From Candidatus Nomurabacteria bacterium RIFCSPLOWO2_01_FULL_41_18 (GTDB lineage: Bacteria > Patescibacteriota > Minisyncoccia > Phycocordibacterales > UBA9973), in assembly GCA_001785865.1 (NCBI GenBank), contig MFUZ01000008.1:1-46343 (forward strand): a stretch of 46,343 nucleotides of DNA. The letters run 5' to 3'. Both the position numbers and the translations under genes were made by a program. The notes beneath the pieces were generated by a model that was not told where the DNA came from, ran no database searches, and was given only the letters and a program-made list of their open reading frames with translations. Below, one piece after another: positions 7,981 through 16,890 of this stretch (position 1 is the first letter of the stretch; each line of letters opens with the position of its first letter).

Positions 7981-8316
7981 TTATCTAAAAGGTAGTACAA
8001 AATAATTTCTTAAAAAGAAAATTAGGATAACAAAAAGTATTGTTCCGATGATTGATACAAATGAATAATTATCTTTGTGTATTTTTCCTCTGATTAAAAT
8101 ATAAGTGAGTTCGTCAATGAACAAGCCTAACCCAATCGCATACATACTAATCGAATTAACAAATAATCCTACAACAATTCCTAAAATCCCGTACATATAA
8201 TGATGAACTCTGAAACCTTTAATTGTTGGGCTGGAGACAGGATGTAAAAACAAGAAAATACGAATAACTAAAACAGTTATTATAAATATAACAAAGAATT
8301 TGTTTTCGATTTCCAT
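7981..8316 (-). CDS. Hypothetical membrane protein
   Basis: 111 aa, HHYMYG and GLGLFIDEL motifs, hydrophobic. Confidence 0.6.
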   Translation of the reverse strand: MEIENKFFVIFIITVLVIRIFLFLHPVSSPTIKGFRVHHYMYGILGIVVGLFVNSISMYAIGLGLFIDELTYILIRGKIHKDNYSFVSIIGTILFVILIFFLRNYFVLPFR

Positions 8317-8415
8317 TGGTATAGTATATCAAAACATTAAAGAAATTAAAAAAGCCAGACCTTTTCCTCCTTTCGGGGTGTTGGTGCTGGCTCTTTGAGA
8401 ACTAATCGTTAATCC

Positions 8416-10083
8416 TCAGACCGTGTCCGCGGCGGCGGACTTGTCAGATCTGGTAGCTACTTTTGCTCGCGAGATCTTTTGTTTGACTTCGTTGATTCCA
8501 CGGATTGTCTCCGTGAGAAGAGTCATGTCGGCGGAAACGCGCGCAGTTCCGCGAAGGATAACGAATTTGCGCCATTCTTCAGCATTTACTGCCTGGAGTT
8601 CTATGAGCGCTAGGCTGAGAGCGTTGAAACGGCGGTCGAGCAGTTGTGTCACACGACCCGCTTCCTTTCGACGATCAGAACGCACCCCTCTTTTGTACTG
8701 GAAGAATGGTCTTCCTAACTCGTGGAGTTTCGCCACGATAAGCCTGCGACTCGGCTGGCCTTTGGCCTTATTCCAAATCTCCACTTGGTGGTCCGGATGA
8801 ATACTGCTGAGAACTGATGCTTCCAGAAGCCTAATGCGATCCTCCTCTGGAACAGACGACTTAAGGAGTGGTCTGAGGTCTGGATGGACCGATTTGATAG
8901 AGAGAAGCTTCCTGATTTGGGTCAGTGATAGGCTGGTGGCTTCAGCCAGGGAGACTTGAGTTTCTCCCGCTTCAATTTGTTCCTGAAGAGCATCCGAAAT
9001 CTCGAGCGAACTCGGATCCACTCGAAACAGATTCTCAATGAGAGACAGCATGTGTTGCTGTTTCTTTGTCACGGGTTTTTCTTCGATTGCCCTCAGATAA
9101 GGGAAACCGATGAGCTGTAGAGCTCGCCAACGACGTTCGCCGGCGATGAGTTCCCATTTTTTGCCAGCAATTGTGTCAATCCGACGAACAAGGGCAGGTA
9201 CTTTTTGACCGTGCCTTTTAATACTTCCTGCAAGTTTCTTTAGGTCACTTTCATCGAAGTCCTTGCGAGGTTGTCCTGAGAACGACGGATCACTTTCCTG
9301 CTTTTGGAAGCAGACAATTTCACTGAGGGGAATATGTAACACCAACTCCTCCCCAAGAGATTTATTCTCCAACACGGGAGCAACCGGAGCCACTGTCCGT
9401 GCCGGTGGTGAAACTGCTACAGGCGGTGGAATGACTTTTTTCTCCGGAATGACCGGCGACAATTGTACGACTAGTCGAGGAGGAGTGACTTTCGCCATCG
9501 GAAGAGTTACACGAGGCGGTGGAACCACTTCTTCTTTCTCCTCTTCATCTTCTTCTTCGGGTTTAGGTGGAGAAGCAGTGTGTGCTTCCTCTCGCCTCGT
9601 TGATCTGGGAATCGGTTTGTTAGATTTCAGAATACCATCGCGGGCAAGCATTATCTTGTACGCCTCGGCTGTTTTAGCATCTGCCATCTTACATTTGAGT
9701 TCCCAGTCATCAAGACAATTACCTCTCAGAAAAACCTCAATGGAACCGTTGGAGCTCGGGACGGCTTGGATGTACATCGTGTTGCCCGTATCGATCTCCT
9801 TCCAGATTTGAGATTGCAGTCGCACCATTTGGAAAGGCTTTTGATTGGCTGGATTGGAAGCGTCGTACGCTACCAGGAAGAGCAGACCCCCCCCTGGCGG
9901 TTGCGCCGTCGTCCTATTTGTCGCATATTTAAGTTCGACAAACCCAGCCTCTTGAAGAACTCCGAAAGCCTTGGTGTCAGAGTGCCCATTTTGCCTGCCA
10001 CTACTGACGGAGACGCCCGTTATTTCGAGGACAGTTTTACCCGTCCTCTGTGGTTTAGTTTTCATAGGTCCTTTTGTTGTCAA
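8416..10083 (-). CDS. ParB/Spo0J-family protein with long N-terminal extension
   Basis: GQPRKDFD, LIAGERRWRA, SLIEN ParB motifs after a ~150-aa unknown region and Glu/Pro-rich linker. Confidence 0.8.
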   Translation of the reverse strand: MTTKGPMKTKPQRTGKTVLEITGVSVSSGRQNGHSDTKAFGVLQEAGFVELKYATNRTTAQPPGGGLLFLVAYDASNPANQKPFQMVRLQSQIWKEIDTGNTMYIQAVPSSNGSIEVFLRGNCLDDWELKCKMADAKTAEAYKIMLARDGILKSNKPIPRSTRREEAHTASPPKPEEEDEEEKEEVVPPPRVTLPMAKVTPPRLVVQLSPVIPEKKVIPPPVAVSPPARTVAPVAPVLENKSLGEELVLHIPLSEIVCFQKQESDPSFSGQPRKDFDESDLKKLAGSIKRHGQKVPALVRRIDTIAGKKWELIAGERRWRALQLIGFPYLRAIEEKPVTKKQQHMLSLIENLFRVDPSSLEISDALQEQIEAGETQVSLAEATSLSLTQIRKLLSIKSVHPDLRPLLKSSVPEEDRIRLLEASVLSSIHPDHQVEIWNKAKGQPSRRLIVAKLHELGRPFFQYKRGVRSDRRKEAGRVTQLLDRRFNALSLALIELQAVNAEEWRKFVILRGTARVSADMTLLTETIRGINEVKQKISRAKVATRSDKSAAADTV

Positions 10084-10173
10084 TTTACTGCGATTATAAA
10101 AACGATACAGAAAAACTACACCTATGTCAATTTATCTTCAAATAGTAAAGAAATCCAGATAATCCCTAAATCC

Positions 10174-10218
10174 ACCTAATCCTGTAAGAATCGTGCTGAT
10201 TTTGATGGGATAGGGGGT
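10174..10218. repeat. Palindromic hairpin repeat, copy 2
   Basis: CGTGCTGATTTTGATGGGATAGGGGG, same orientation as copy at 6225-6273. Confidence 0.6.
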
Positions 10219-10258
10219 TTTGGTGTTAGATTTAAACAAAATTTAGTATAATCAAAGT

Positions 10259-10960
10259 GTGAAAATACATATAATAATGCATGAAAGTTTTGAATCCCCT
10301 GCAGCAATAGAAACATGGGCACAGAAGAAAAACCACAATATTACTTACACAAGATTGCATGAAGAAGATACTTTCCCTAAAGAATGTAATTTTGATTTTT
10401 TAGTTATTATGGGTGGTCCACAATCCCCTGAGTCAACTCTTGAAGAATATCCGCACTTTGATGCACAAAAAGAAATTGCTTTTATTAAAAGGGCTATCGA
10501 ACAAAATAAAACCATATTGGGCGTGTGTCTTGGGGCGCAATTTATCGGACAAGCTCTCGGTGCGCGATTTGAACATAGTCCAAATAGAGAAATTGGGGTT
10601 TTTCCTATTACACTTACATCCGATGGAAAACACGATCCAATATTTTCAACCTTCCCTGAAAAATTCATTGTTGGTCATTGGCATGGAGACATGCCTGGGC
10701 TTGCTCCAGAATCAAAAGTCCTAGCAACGAGTGAAGGATGTCCTAGGCAAATAGTCCGCTATGCTCAAAATATTTACGGATTCCAATGTCATTTTGAATT
10801 TACTCCCCTAGCGATCGAGGAAATGATCAAAAATAATGCCCCCGAACTAGAAAAATATAAAGTCTTGCCGTATGTCCAAACTGCGGAACAATTGAAGAGC
10901 AATAATTATTCTAAAATGAATGAACTCTTATTCGTTTTTTTAGACAAAATTGCTGAGTGA
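10259..10960 (+). CDS. Class I glutamine amidotransferase
   Basis: GVCLGAQ nucleophile motif and QCHFE His-Glu motif. Confidence 0.85.
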   Translation: MKIHIIMHESFESPAAIETWAQKKNHNITYTRLHEEDTFPKECNFDFLVIMGGPQSPESTLEEYPHFDAQKEIAFIKRAIEQNKTILGVCLGAQFIGQALGARFEHSPNREIGVFPITLTSDGKHDPIFSTFPEKFIVGHWHGDMPGLAPESKVLATSEGCPRQIVRYAQNIYGFQCHFEFTPLAIEEMIKNNAPELEKYKVLPYVQTAEQLKSNNYSKMNELLFVFLDKIAE

Positions 10961-11013
10961 TAATTCCCACGTTACGTCACACGGCCAGCCAAGAAAATGG
11001 TATAATAAATTAT

Positions 11014-11319
11014 ATGAATAACATTCTTAAAAATCCATACATCAATGCATTACTAGCCGCACTATATATCATTGTCATTGTTTTTGTAATTGGAAACCTG
11101 GAAGATATTACCAGAGGTAAGGAATCGTTGCTTGTTCCTGTAATCATGCTTAGCTTGTTTGTGCTCTCGGCGGCCATCATGGGGCTCTTCTTCGTATACA
11201 CTCCGGCAAAAATGTTTTTGGATAATCAAAAACCAGAAGCGCTGACCTTCTTTTTAAAAACCATAGGCACATTTGCGGGTTTTGCCATTGTGGCGCTTCT
11301 CATGATTCTTTTGTTGTAA
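11014..11319 (+). CDS. Hypothetical membrane protein
   Basis: Three hydrophobic segments; ATG 11014 in frame with ORF 10957-11319. Confidence 0.6.
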   Translation: MNNILKNPYINALLAALYIIVIVFVIGNLEDITRGKESLLVPVIMLSLFVLSAAIMGLFFVYTPAKMFLDNQKPEALTFFLKTIGTFAGFAIVALLMILLL

Positions 11320-11338
11320 GAATTCGCTCTACCCTCTC

Positions 11339-12583
11339 ATGCAAAAAGAACGGGCGGACAATCTATATTTTCATGCTGACGGAGATTCCTTTTTTGTTGC
11401 CTGTGAACTCTCTCTGCGCCCAGAATTGAAAGGCAAGCCTGTGATCGTCGGCGCCGACCGAGGCATCGCGGTCGCCATGAGTATGGAAGCCAAGAAACTA
11501 GGCGTGACGAGAGGCATGCCTGTTTTTAAAATAAAGAAATTATTTCCGGAAGTAGTCGTCCTCCCCCACCACTTCGACCTATATGAAGATATTTCTAGAA
11601 AACTGCACCAGATCTTATCGTCATATTTCAGAGAAATAGAGGTATACAGCATCGATGAATGTTTTGCGCTGGCGCAACCTTTTGAAGTCACCTATCACGG
11701 CGGAGAGCGGAAGCTGATGACAGCAATAAGAGAAGAAATAGAAAAAAAATTGAAAGTGACATATTCTCTCGGACTCGCGCGGACGAAAGCTCTCGCCAAG
11801 CTCGCTTCGAAGCTTGAAAAGCCGAACGGGCTAGTCATGCTACTTTCCAAAGAAGATGAAACACGCGCCCTCACGGCTACACCGATCGACGACATTTGGG
11901 GCATTGGCCGGCGCACAGTTCCCCGCCTCCTTGAGCTTCGCATGAAGACCGCGCATGATTTCACGGAGTACCCTGTCGCAAAAATCGCGAGAGACTTTCC
12001 AGGGCCGCTCTTGGTATTGCAGAAAGAATTATCCGGAGAGCAGATATTGGAAGTCGAGAGCAATACTGATCCGCGCGACCAAAAATCTATCCAGTCCACT
12101 GCCACTTTCCGCCCGGCGTCCACGGACTCGAAAGTGGTAATGCGAGAAATATCCGAAAACAGCGAGCATGCCTGCGCCGAGGCAAGAGAGCTCCATCTGG
12201 TAAGCAATAAAATATCTTTTTTTGTCAAAACAAGCGAGTTCAAATATCGATTTGATGAAGTAAGGCTGGAAGAATTCACTGCGGACCCGGGAGCAATCAT
12301 GGATGCGATCGCTCCGAAGGCCGTGAAGCTTTTAGGGAAAAAGGAGCGCATCAGATCGACCGGGGTCATCCTGCACAATCTGATACGAGAAGAGGAAGTT
12401 CCGCTCGATCTTTTTGGAAAACAAAAAAAAGCAATCGACGACTTGGTGATAGAAGAAACGGCAGATAAGATACGAAAGAAATTCGGCCATGATGCCATCA
12501 AGAGAGCGGCTTCTCTCAGCAAGAATGCCAAGTACCCGCCCCATCATGATTCCGGCTCTTCATTTAAGAAACGAAACATTTAG
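11339..12583 (+). CDS. dinB: Y-family DNA polymerase IV
   Basis: HADGDSFF, SIDE, AKLAS, IWGIG motifs. Confidence 0.9.
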   Translation: MQKERADNLYFHADGDSFFVACELSLRPELKGKPVIVGADRGIAVAMSMEAKKLGVTRGMPVFKIKKLFPEVVVLPHHFDLYEDISRKLHQILSSYFREIEVYSIDECFALAQPFEVTYHGGERKLMTAIREEIEKKLKVTYSLGLARTKALAKLASKLEKPNGLVMLLSKEDETRALTATPIDDIWGIGRRTVPRLLELRMKTAHDFTEYPVAKIARDFPGPLLVLQKELSGEQILEVESNTDPRDQKSIQSTATFRPASTDSKVVMREISENSEHACAEARELHLVSNKISFFVKTSEFKYRFDEVRLEEFTADPGAIMDAIAPKAVKLLGKKERIRSTGVILHNLIREEEVPLDLFGKQKKAIDDLVIEETADKIRKKFGHDAIKRAASLSKNAKYPPHHDSGSSFKKRNI

Positions 12584-12585
12584 AC

Positions 12586-12614
12586 TTGACAATACCCCCT
12601 AGGGGGTATATACT
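12586..12614 (+). promoter_or_regulatory. Sigma70 promoter with CsoR-type operator
   Basis: TTGACA-17-TATACT; perfect palindrome ATACCCCCTAGGGGGTAT (12592-12609) fills the spacer. Confidence 0.85.
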
Positions 12615-12626
12615 TTCCTTATGCAT

Positions 12627-12703
12627 CCCGTACGAAATCCTACTAATAAAGTTTCGTGCTGTGGATGGGGTCAATTTATAAATTGAATAAAATTTCGTAC
12701 GGG
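12627..12703 (+). mobile_element. TIR miniature element E2 (77 bp) at csoR start codon
   Basis: CCCGTACGAAAT...ATTTCGTACGGG flanked by ATGCAT at 12621-12626 and 12704-12709. Confidence 0.85.
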
Positions 12704-12967
12704 ATGCATACAAATAAGCAAAAATTAACAAGGAGATTAAAAATTTTAGAGGGTCAAATCAGAGGCATCCAAAACATGGTTGAAAAAGATGCATACTGCA
12801 TTGATGTCATTACCCAAACTTCAGCCATCAAACAAGGCATATCAAATATAGAAGATGCCCTGCTTGAAGGACACTTGGGGCATTGCGTTGTAAATCAAAT
12901 AAAAAGTGGCCAAACAACCAAAGCTACCAAGGAAATCTTGAAGGTTTATCAACTTAAACGTAAATAA
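12704..12967 (+). CDS. csoR: CsoR/RcnR-family metal-sensing repressor
   Basis: [23 protein letters not shown]; upstream operator; precedes copA. Confidence 0.9.
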   Translation: MHTNKQKLTRRLKILEGQIRGIQNMVEKDAYCIDVITQTSAIKQGISNIEDALLEGHLGHCVVNQIKSGQTTKATKEILKVYQLKRK

Positions 12968-12971
12968 AAAT

Positions 12972-15272
12972 ATGCATACTAAAACATATAAAGTAAAAGG
13001 GATGCACTGTGCTTCATGCGCCTCAATCATTGAAAGGACTGTTAAAAAAATTGACGGCGTAGAGAATATATCTGTAAATAATGGTACAGAAAATGCAAAA
13101 ATTTCTTTTGATACAAATAAAACAAATACAGAATCTTTTAATAAAAAACTGGAACCACTGGGATATTCTTTGGAAATAAGTGAAAGTGAACACAAAGAGC
13201 ATCTTGGACTAAATCAATCTAAAAAAGAAAAGCTAGCAGAAATAAAAGAAATGAAAACAAAAGTCATTTCTGCTCTCCCTCTCGCAGTCATAAGTGTTTT
13301 CGTGATGTCATGGGAGATCTTGGCTCAATATGATGCCGTCGCGGAAATGAGTCCGGTAATTGAAGAATTTTTTCACCATCTCCTTCCCCTCCTCGCGACA
13401 TACGTTTTATTCGTAGTGGGCAAACCGTACCTTCTCGGCTTTTATCGCTTCCTCCGTTATGGAAAAGCGAATATGGATACCTTGATCGGCATCGGAACTC
13501 TGACTGCATATTTGTATAGCTTTGCGGTCACCGCTTTCGAGGACGTACTTAAGCCCTTCATCAATACCGAGAGCACATACTATGATGTGACTATCATCGT
13601 CATCACGTTCATTGCGCTTGGAAAATATCTGGAAGCAAAATCTAAATTGAAAACCGGGGATGCTATCGAAAAGCTTTTGAATTTACAAGCTAAAACGGCT
13701 TTGGTCATCCGCGACCCCGAAGGAAAGCCAGCTTCCTATGGGGCAGGCGGCAAAGAGATCGAAATCCCTATCGATCAAGTGGTACATGGAGACCTCATCA
13801 TCGTAAAACCGGGAGCCAAGATTCCAGTAGACGGAACTATCACCGAAGGAAGCTCTTTTGTCGATGAATCCATGGTGACGGGAGAACCCATGCCGGCTCA
13901 AAAAAAAGTTGGAGACACTGTCATAGCCGCAACCATAAATACCAGCGGTTCGTTTACATTCAAAGCGACAAAAGTCGGATCAGAAACATTGCTCGCGCAT
14001 ATCATAAAGATGGTGGAGGAAGCGCAAGGAAGCCGTGCGCCGATCCAGGCTCTCGCAGACCGTATCTCGAGCGTCTTCGTGCCTATCGTCTTGGTAATTT
14101 CTTTCGTCACCCTTCTCACATGGCTTTTCCTAGGGAGTCTTTTTGTGCCTTTCTCACAGGCTCTTTCTTTCGGACTAGTTTCTTTTGTGGGAATCCTGGT
14201 CATCGCCTGCCCCTGCGCGCTCGGGCTCGCCACTCCGACAGCGATCATCGTCGGCGTAGGCAAAGGCGCCAAAGAAGGCATCCTTATCAAAGATGCGGCA
14301 ACCTTGGAAAAGCTTCACAAGGTTGATACCGTGGTAGTGGACAAAACCGGCACAATAACCGTCGGCAAACCCACTTTGGTAGATATAAAAAATTTCTCAA
14401 ATTTGAAAGATGAGGAACTCATCTCTCTCATAGCCTCGCTTGAAAAAAAATCAGAGCATCCTATCGCCCATGCGATTGTGAATTATGCGCAGGGAAAAAG
14501 CGTAACTATAACGGATGTGGCAAGTTTTGAAAGTGTCCAAGGCAAAGGATTGAAGGGATGGATAAATAATTTAGAATATTTTGTCGGTAATGTAAAACTA
14601 ATGCAGGATCTTGGAATATCTTTTGATGTCTCAAAGATTGAGGAGTTCACAGCGCAGGGTAAAACGCCAGTCATTTTAGCAACAAAAGAAAAAGTGTTGG
14701 GATTCGTGATGGTAGCTGATGAAATAAAAAAACAATCCAGAGAGGCAATTGCGGATCTGCATAAGCTTGGAATCAAGGTAGTCATGTTGACCGGAGACGA
14801 TGAAAAGGCGGCAAAATATATCGCGAAACAAGTCGGCATCGACGACGTGGTGGCACATGTATTGCCAGCTGATAAATTAGGGAAGATCAAGGAATTGCAA
14901 GAAAAGGGACACATCGTCGCGATGGCTGGCGACGGCGTGAATGACGCTCCGGCGCTCGCGCAGGCGGCCGTGGGCATCGCGATGGGCACTGGCACTGATG
15001 TCGCGATCGAGTCAGCCGGTATCACCCTCTTGGGCGGAGATATTTCAAAATTGGTCAAGGTGATCAAACTTTCCAAGATAACCATGCGCGGAATCAAACA
15101 GAATCTTTTCTGGGCATTCATTTACAACATTGTCGGCATTCCTCTCGCGGCCGGATTATTCTATCCCATATTCGGCTGGCTCCTCTCCCCTGTCTTTGCC
15201 GGATTTGCCATGGCGATGTCATCGGTGTCTGTGGTGTCGAACTCACTTAGAATTAAAAGCAAAAAATTATAG
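12972..15272 (+). CDS. copA: Copper-translocating P1B-type ATPase
   Basis: GMHCASC HMA domain, TGE, CPC, DKTGT, GDGVND, YN and MAMSS motifs. Confidence 0.95.
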   Translation: MHTKTYKVKGMHCASCASIIERTVKKIDGVENISVNNGTENAKISFDTNKTNTESFNKKLEPLGYSLEISESEHKEHLGLNQSKKEKLAEIKEMKTKVISALPLAVISVFVMSWEILAQYDAVAEMSPVIEEFFHHLLPLLATYVLFVVGKPYLLGFYRFLRYGKANMDTLIGIGTLTAYLYSFAVTAFEDVLKPFINTESTYYDVTIIVITFIALGKYLEAKSKLKTGDAIEKLLNLQAKTALVIRDPEGKPASYGAGGKEIEIPIDQVVHGDLIIVKPGAKIPVDGTITEGSSFVDESMVTGEPMPAQKKVGDTVIAATINTSGSFTFKATKVGSETLLAHIIKMVEEAQGSRAPIQALADRISSVFVPIVLVISFVTLLTWLFLGSLFVPFSQALSFGLVSFVGILVIACPCALGLATPTAIIVGVGKGAKEGILIKDAATLEKLHKVDTVVVDKTGTITVGKPTLVDIKNFSNLKDEELISLIASLEKKSEHPIAHAIVNYAQGKSVTITDVASFESVQGKGLKGWINNLEYFVGNVKLMQDLGISFDVSKIEEFTAQGKTPVILATKEKVLGFVMVADEIKKQSREAIADLHKLGIKVVMLTGDDEKAAKYIAKQVGIDDVVAHVLPADKLGKIKELQEKGHIVAMAGDGVNDAPALAQAAVGIAMGTGTDVAIESAGITLLGGDISKLVKVIKLSKITMRGIKQNLFWAFIYNIVGIPLAAGLFYPIFGWLLSPVFAGFAMAMSSVSVVSNSLRIKSKKL
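13715..13747 (+). repeat. In-frame palindromic insertion in copA
   Basis: CCCC-GA-AGGAA-AGCCAGC-TTCCT-AT-GGGG-CAGG encodes [11 protein letters not shown] inside IRD..GKEIEIP. Confidence 0.7.
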
Positions 15273-15289
15273 AAATAACAAAATAATTT

Positions 15290-16327
15290 ATGAAAACATA
15301 TACATTTCACGTTACCGGCACTCATTGCGCTTCATGCAAGATTCTCATTGAAGACATTTTGGGTGAGCAAAGTTTCATCAAAAATCCGAAGGTAGATTTA
15401 AAAAAAGAAACCATGGAGATCGAAACAGAGAGCGGAGAGAGTCCAGAGGAATTGGCAAAAATACTTACTGAAAAAATAAAACCAAATGGTTACACTATTT
15501 CGGTTGAGAAAAATATACAGGAAAAGAAAAATGACCTGCCTGCGCAGACAGGTGATGTGATCTGGAAAGCTATCCCGATCGGGCTTGGTTTCCTCGCTCT
15601 GTTCTTTCTCTTGCAGAAATCAGGAATATTAAATCTCGGCATCGGAGGAGAGACGACGTGGGTCACAGCTCTGATAATCGGTCTCATCGCCTCGGTTTCG
15701 AGCTGTCTCGCCATAGTCGGGGGGCTTGTGCTGTCGCTGTCCGCAAAGGTATCCCAAGATAATATTAGCGACACCAAAACTTTTATTCTTTTCCATGCCG
15801 GCCGGCTCTTCAGTTTCGCAGTCCTCGGCGGAGTGCTGGGATTAGTCGGCAGTGCTATCGGCATCAGCTTCACCTTTACCGCTATCCTCGGGATCATCGC
15901 TTCCCTAGTCATGCTCTTCCTCGGATTCAATTTGGTCGGAATATTTGCAAAGAACAAGATAACGCTGCATTCTGGAATTTTTCAAAAGATGACTTCCACA
16001 TTCCGAAAAATAGAGCATCAGACTTGGACGCCTATTTTGATCGGCTTTGGCACTTTCTTCCTTCCTTGCGGGTTCACCCAATCGATGCAAGTCGTGGCGC
16101 TGTCGAGCGGATCATTCGGTACAGGCGCTCTCATCATGTTTGCCTTTGCGCTCGGCACCTTGCCGGTCTTGGCGCTCCTCTCTTTCGGTTCGGCTTCATT
16201 TGCGCATTCGAAACATGCTCCCCTTTTCTTCAAATCAGCCGGAGTCGTGGTGATCGGGCTCGGAATATTCGCACTTTTAGGCGGGCTAGCTGGACTCGGT
16301 ATTATTAATCCATTATTCAGTATATAA
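15290..16327 (+). CDS. HMA-domain plus TauE/DsbD_2-type membrane protein
   Basis: GTHCASC N-terminus; SSCLA and FFLPCGFTQ motifs; multi-TM. Confidence 0.85.
   Translation: MKTYTFHVTGTHCASCKILIEDILGEQSFIKNPKVDLKKETMEIETESGESPEELAKILTEKIKPNGYTISVEKNIQEKKNDLPAQTGDVIWKAIPIGLGFLALFFLLQKSGILNLGIGGETTWVTALIIGLIASVSSCLAIVGGLVLSLSAKVSQDNISDTKTFILFHAGRLFSFAVLGGVLGLVGSAIGISFTFTAILGIIASLVMLFLGFNLVGIFAKNKITLHSGIFQKMTSTFRKIEHQTWTPILIGFGTFFLPCGFTQSMQVVALSSGSFGTGALIMFAFALGTLPVLALLSFGSASFAHSKHAPLFFKSAGVVVIGLGIFALLGGLAGLGIINPLFSI
15535..15552 (+). repeat. 18-bp in-frame palindromic insertion
   Basis: CCTGCCTGCGCAGACAGG, related to CCTGCCTGCCGGCAGGCAGG; encodes LPAQTG. Confidence 0.6.
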
Positions 16328-16340
16328 TTACGGAATGAAT

Positions 16341-16460
16341 CCCGTTAGAAGCCGCGATCGCAATTAAAAAAATAAACAAAAATATGAAATCAAACATTGG
16401 AAAAATTAATAACATAATATGTCAGGTACGCGAGTTGATCGCGATCTGCTTCTAAACGGG
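16341..16460 (+). mobile_element. TIR miniature element E3 (120 bp) at start codon of cupredoxin gene
   Basis: CCCGTTAGAAGC...GCTTCTAAACGGG flanked by ATGAAT at 16335-16340 and 16461-16466. Confidence 0.85.
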
Positions 16461-16841
16461 ATGAATAAAACAGTCTACATAATTCTCGCCTTCGCCATAC
16501 TTGTCGTCATCGGCATAGTGTTTTCCGGAGGCCCTCAAACAACTGAACTAAAACAGGCAGTGGAAATAAAAGATGGCGTCCAGTATATCACCATAGAAGC
16601 AGAGGGTGGGTATTCTCCCCGCGTTACAGAAGCGAAAGCCGGTATGCCGACCAAGCTCATAATGAAAACAAACGGAGCTTATGATTGCTCTGCATCCCTG
16701 GTAATTCGTTCTATCGGATTTCAAAAGATTCTACCGCAAACTGGCGAAGAAATCATCGACCTCGGCACGCCTAAAGCGGGCGTTCCCCTCCAGGGAGTCT
16801 GCGGTATGGGCATGTACAGTTTCATCATTAATTTCAGTTAA
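16461..16841 (+). CDS. Cupredoxin-domain protein
   Basis: GGYSP, CSASL and CGMGMY motifs; last gene of copper operon; native ATG 16461. Confidence 0.8.
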   Translation: MNKTVYIILAFAILVVIGIVFSGGPQTTELKQAVEIKDGVQYITIEAEGGYSPRVTEAKAGMPTKLIMKTNGAYDCSASLVIRSIGFQKILPQTGEEIIDLGTPKAGVPLQGVCGMGMYSFIINFS

Positions 16842-16890
16842 TTTACTCCTAATTCTTGATTTTTGGGTATATTTGTGTTAGAATAGAAGG

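Noticed and set aside
11695-12531. Long antisense or overlapping ORFs in the track (also 5-274, 3528-3968, 3703-4014, 9263-9811, 14483-15121)
   Set aside because: They are shadows of well-supported genes on the other strand or frame and show no recognisable motifs.
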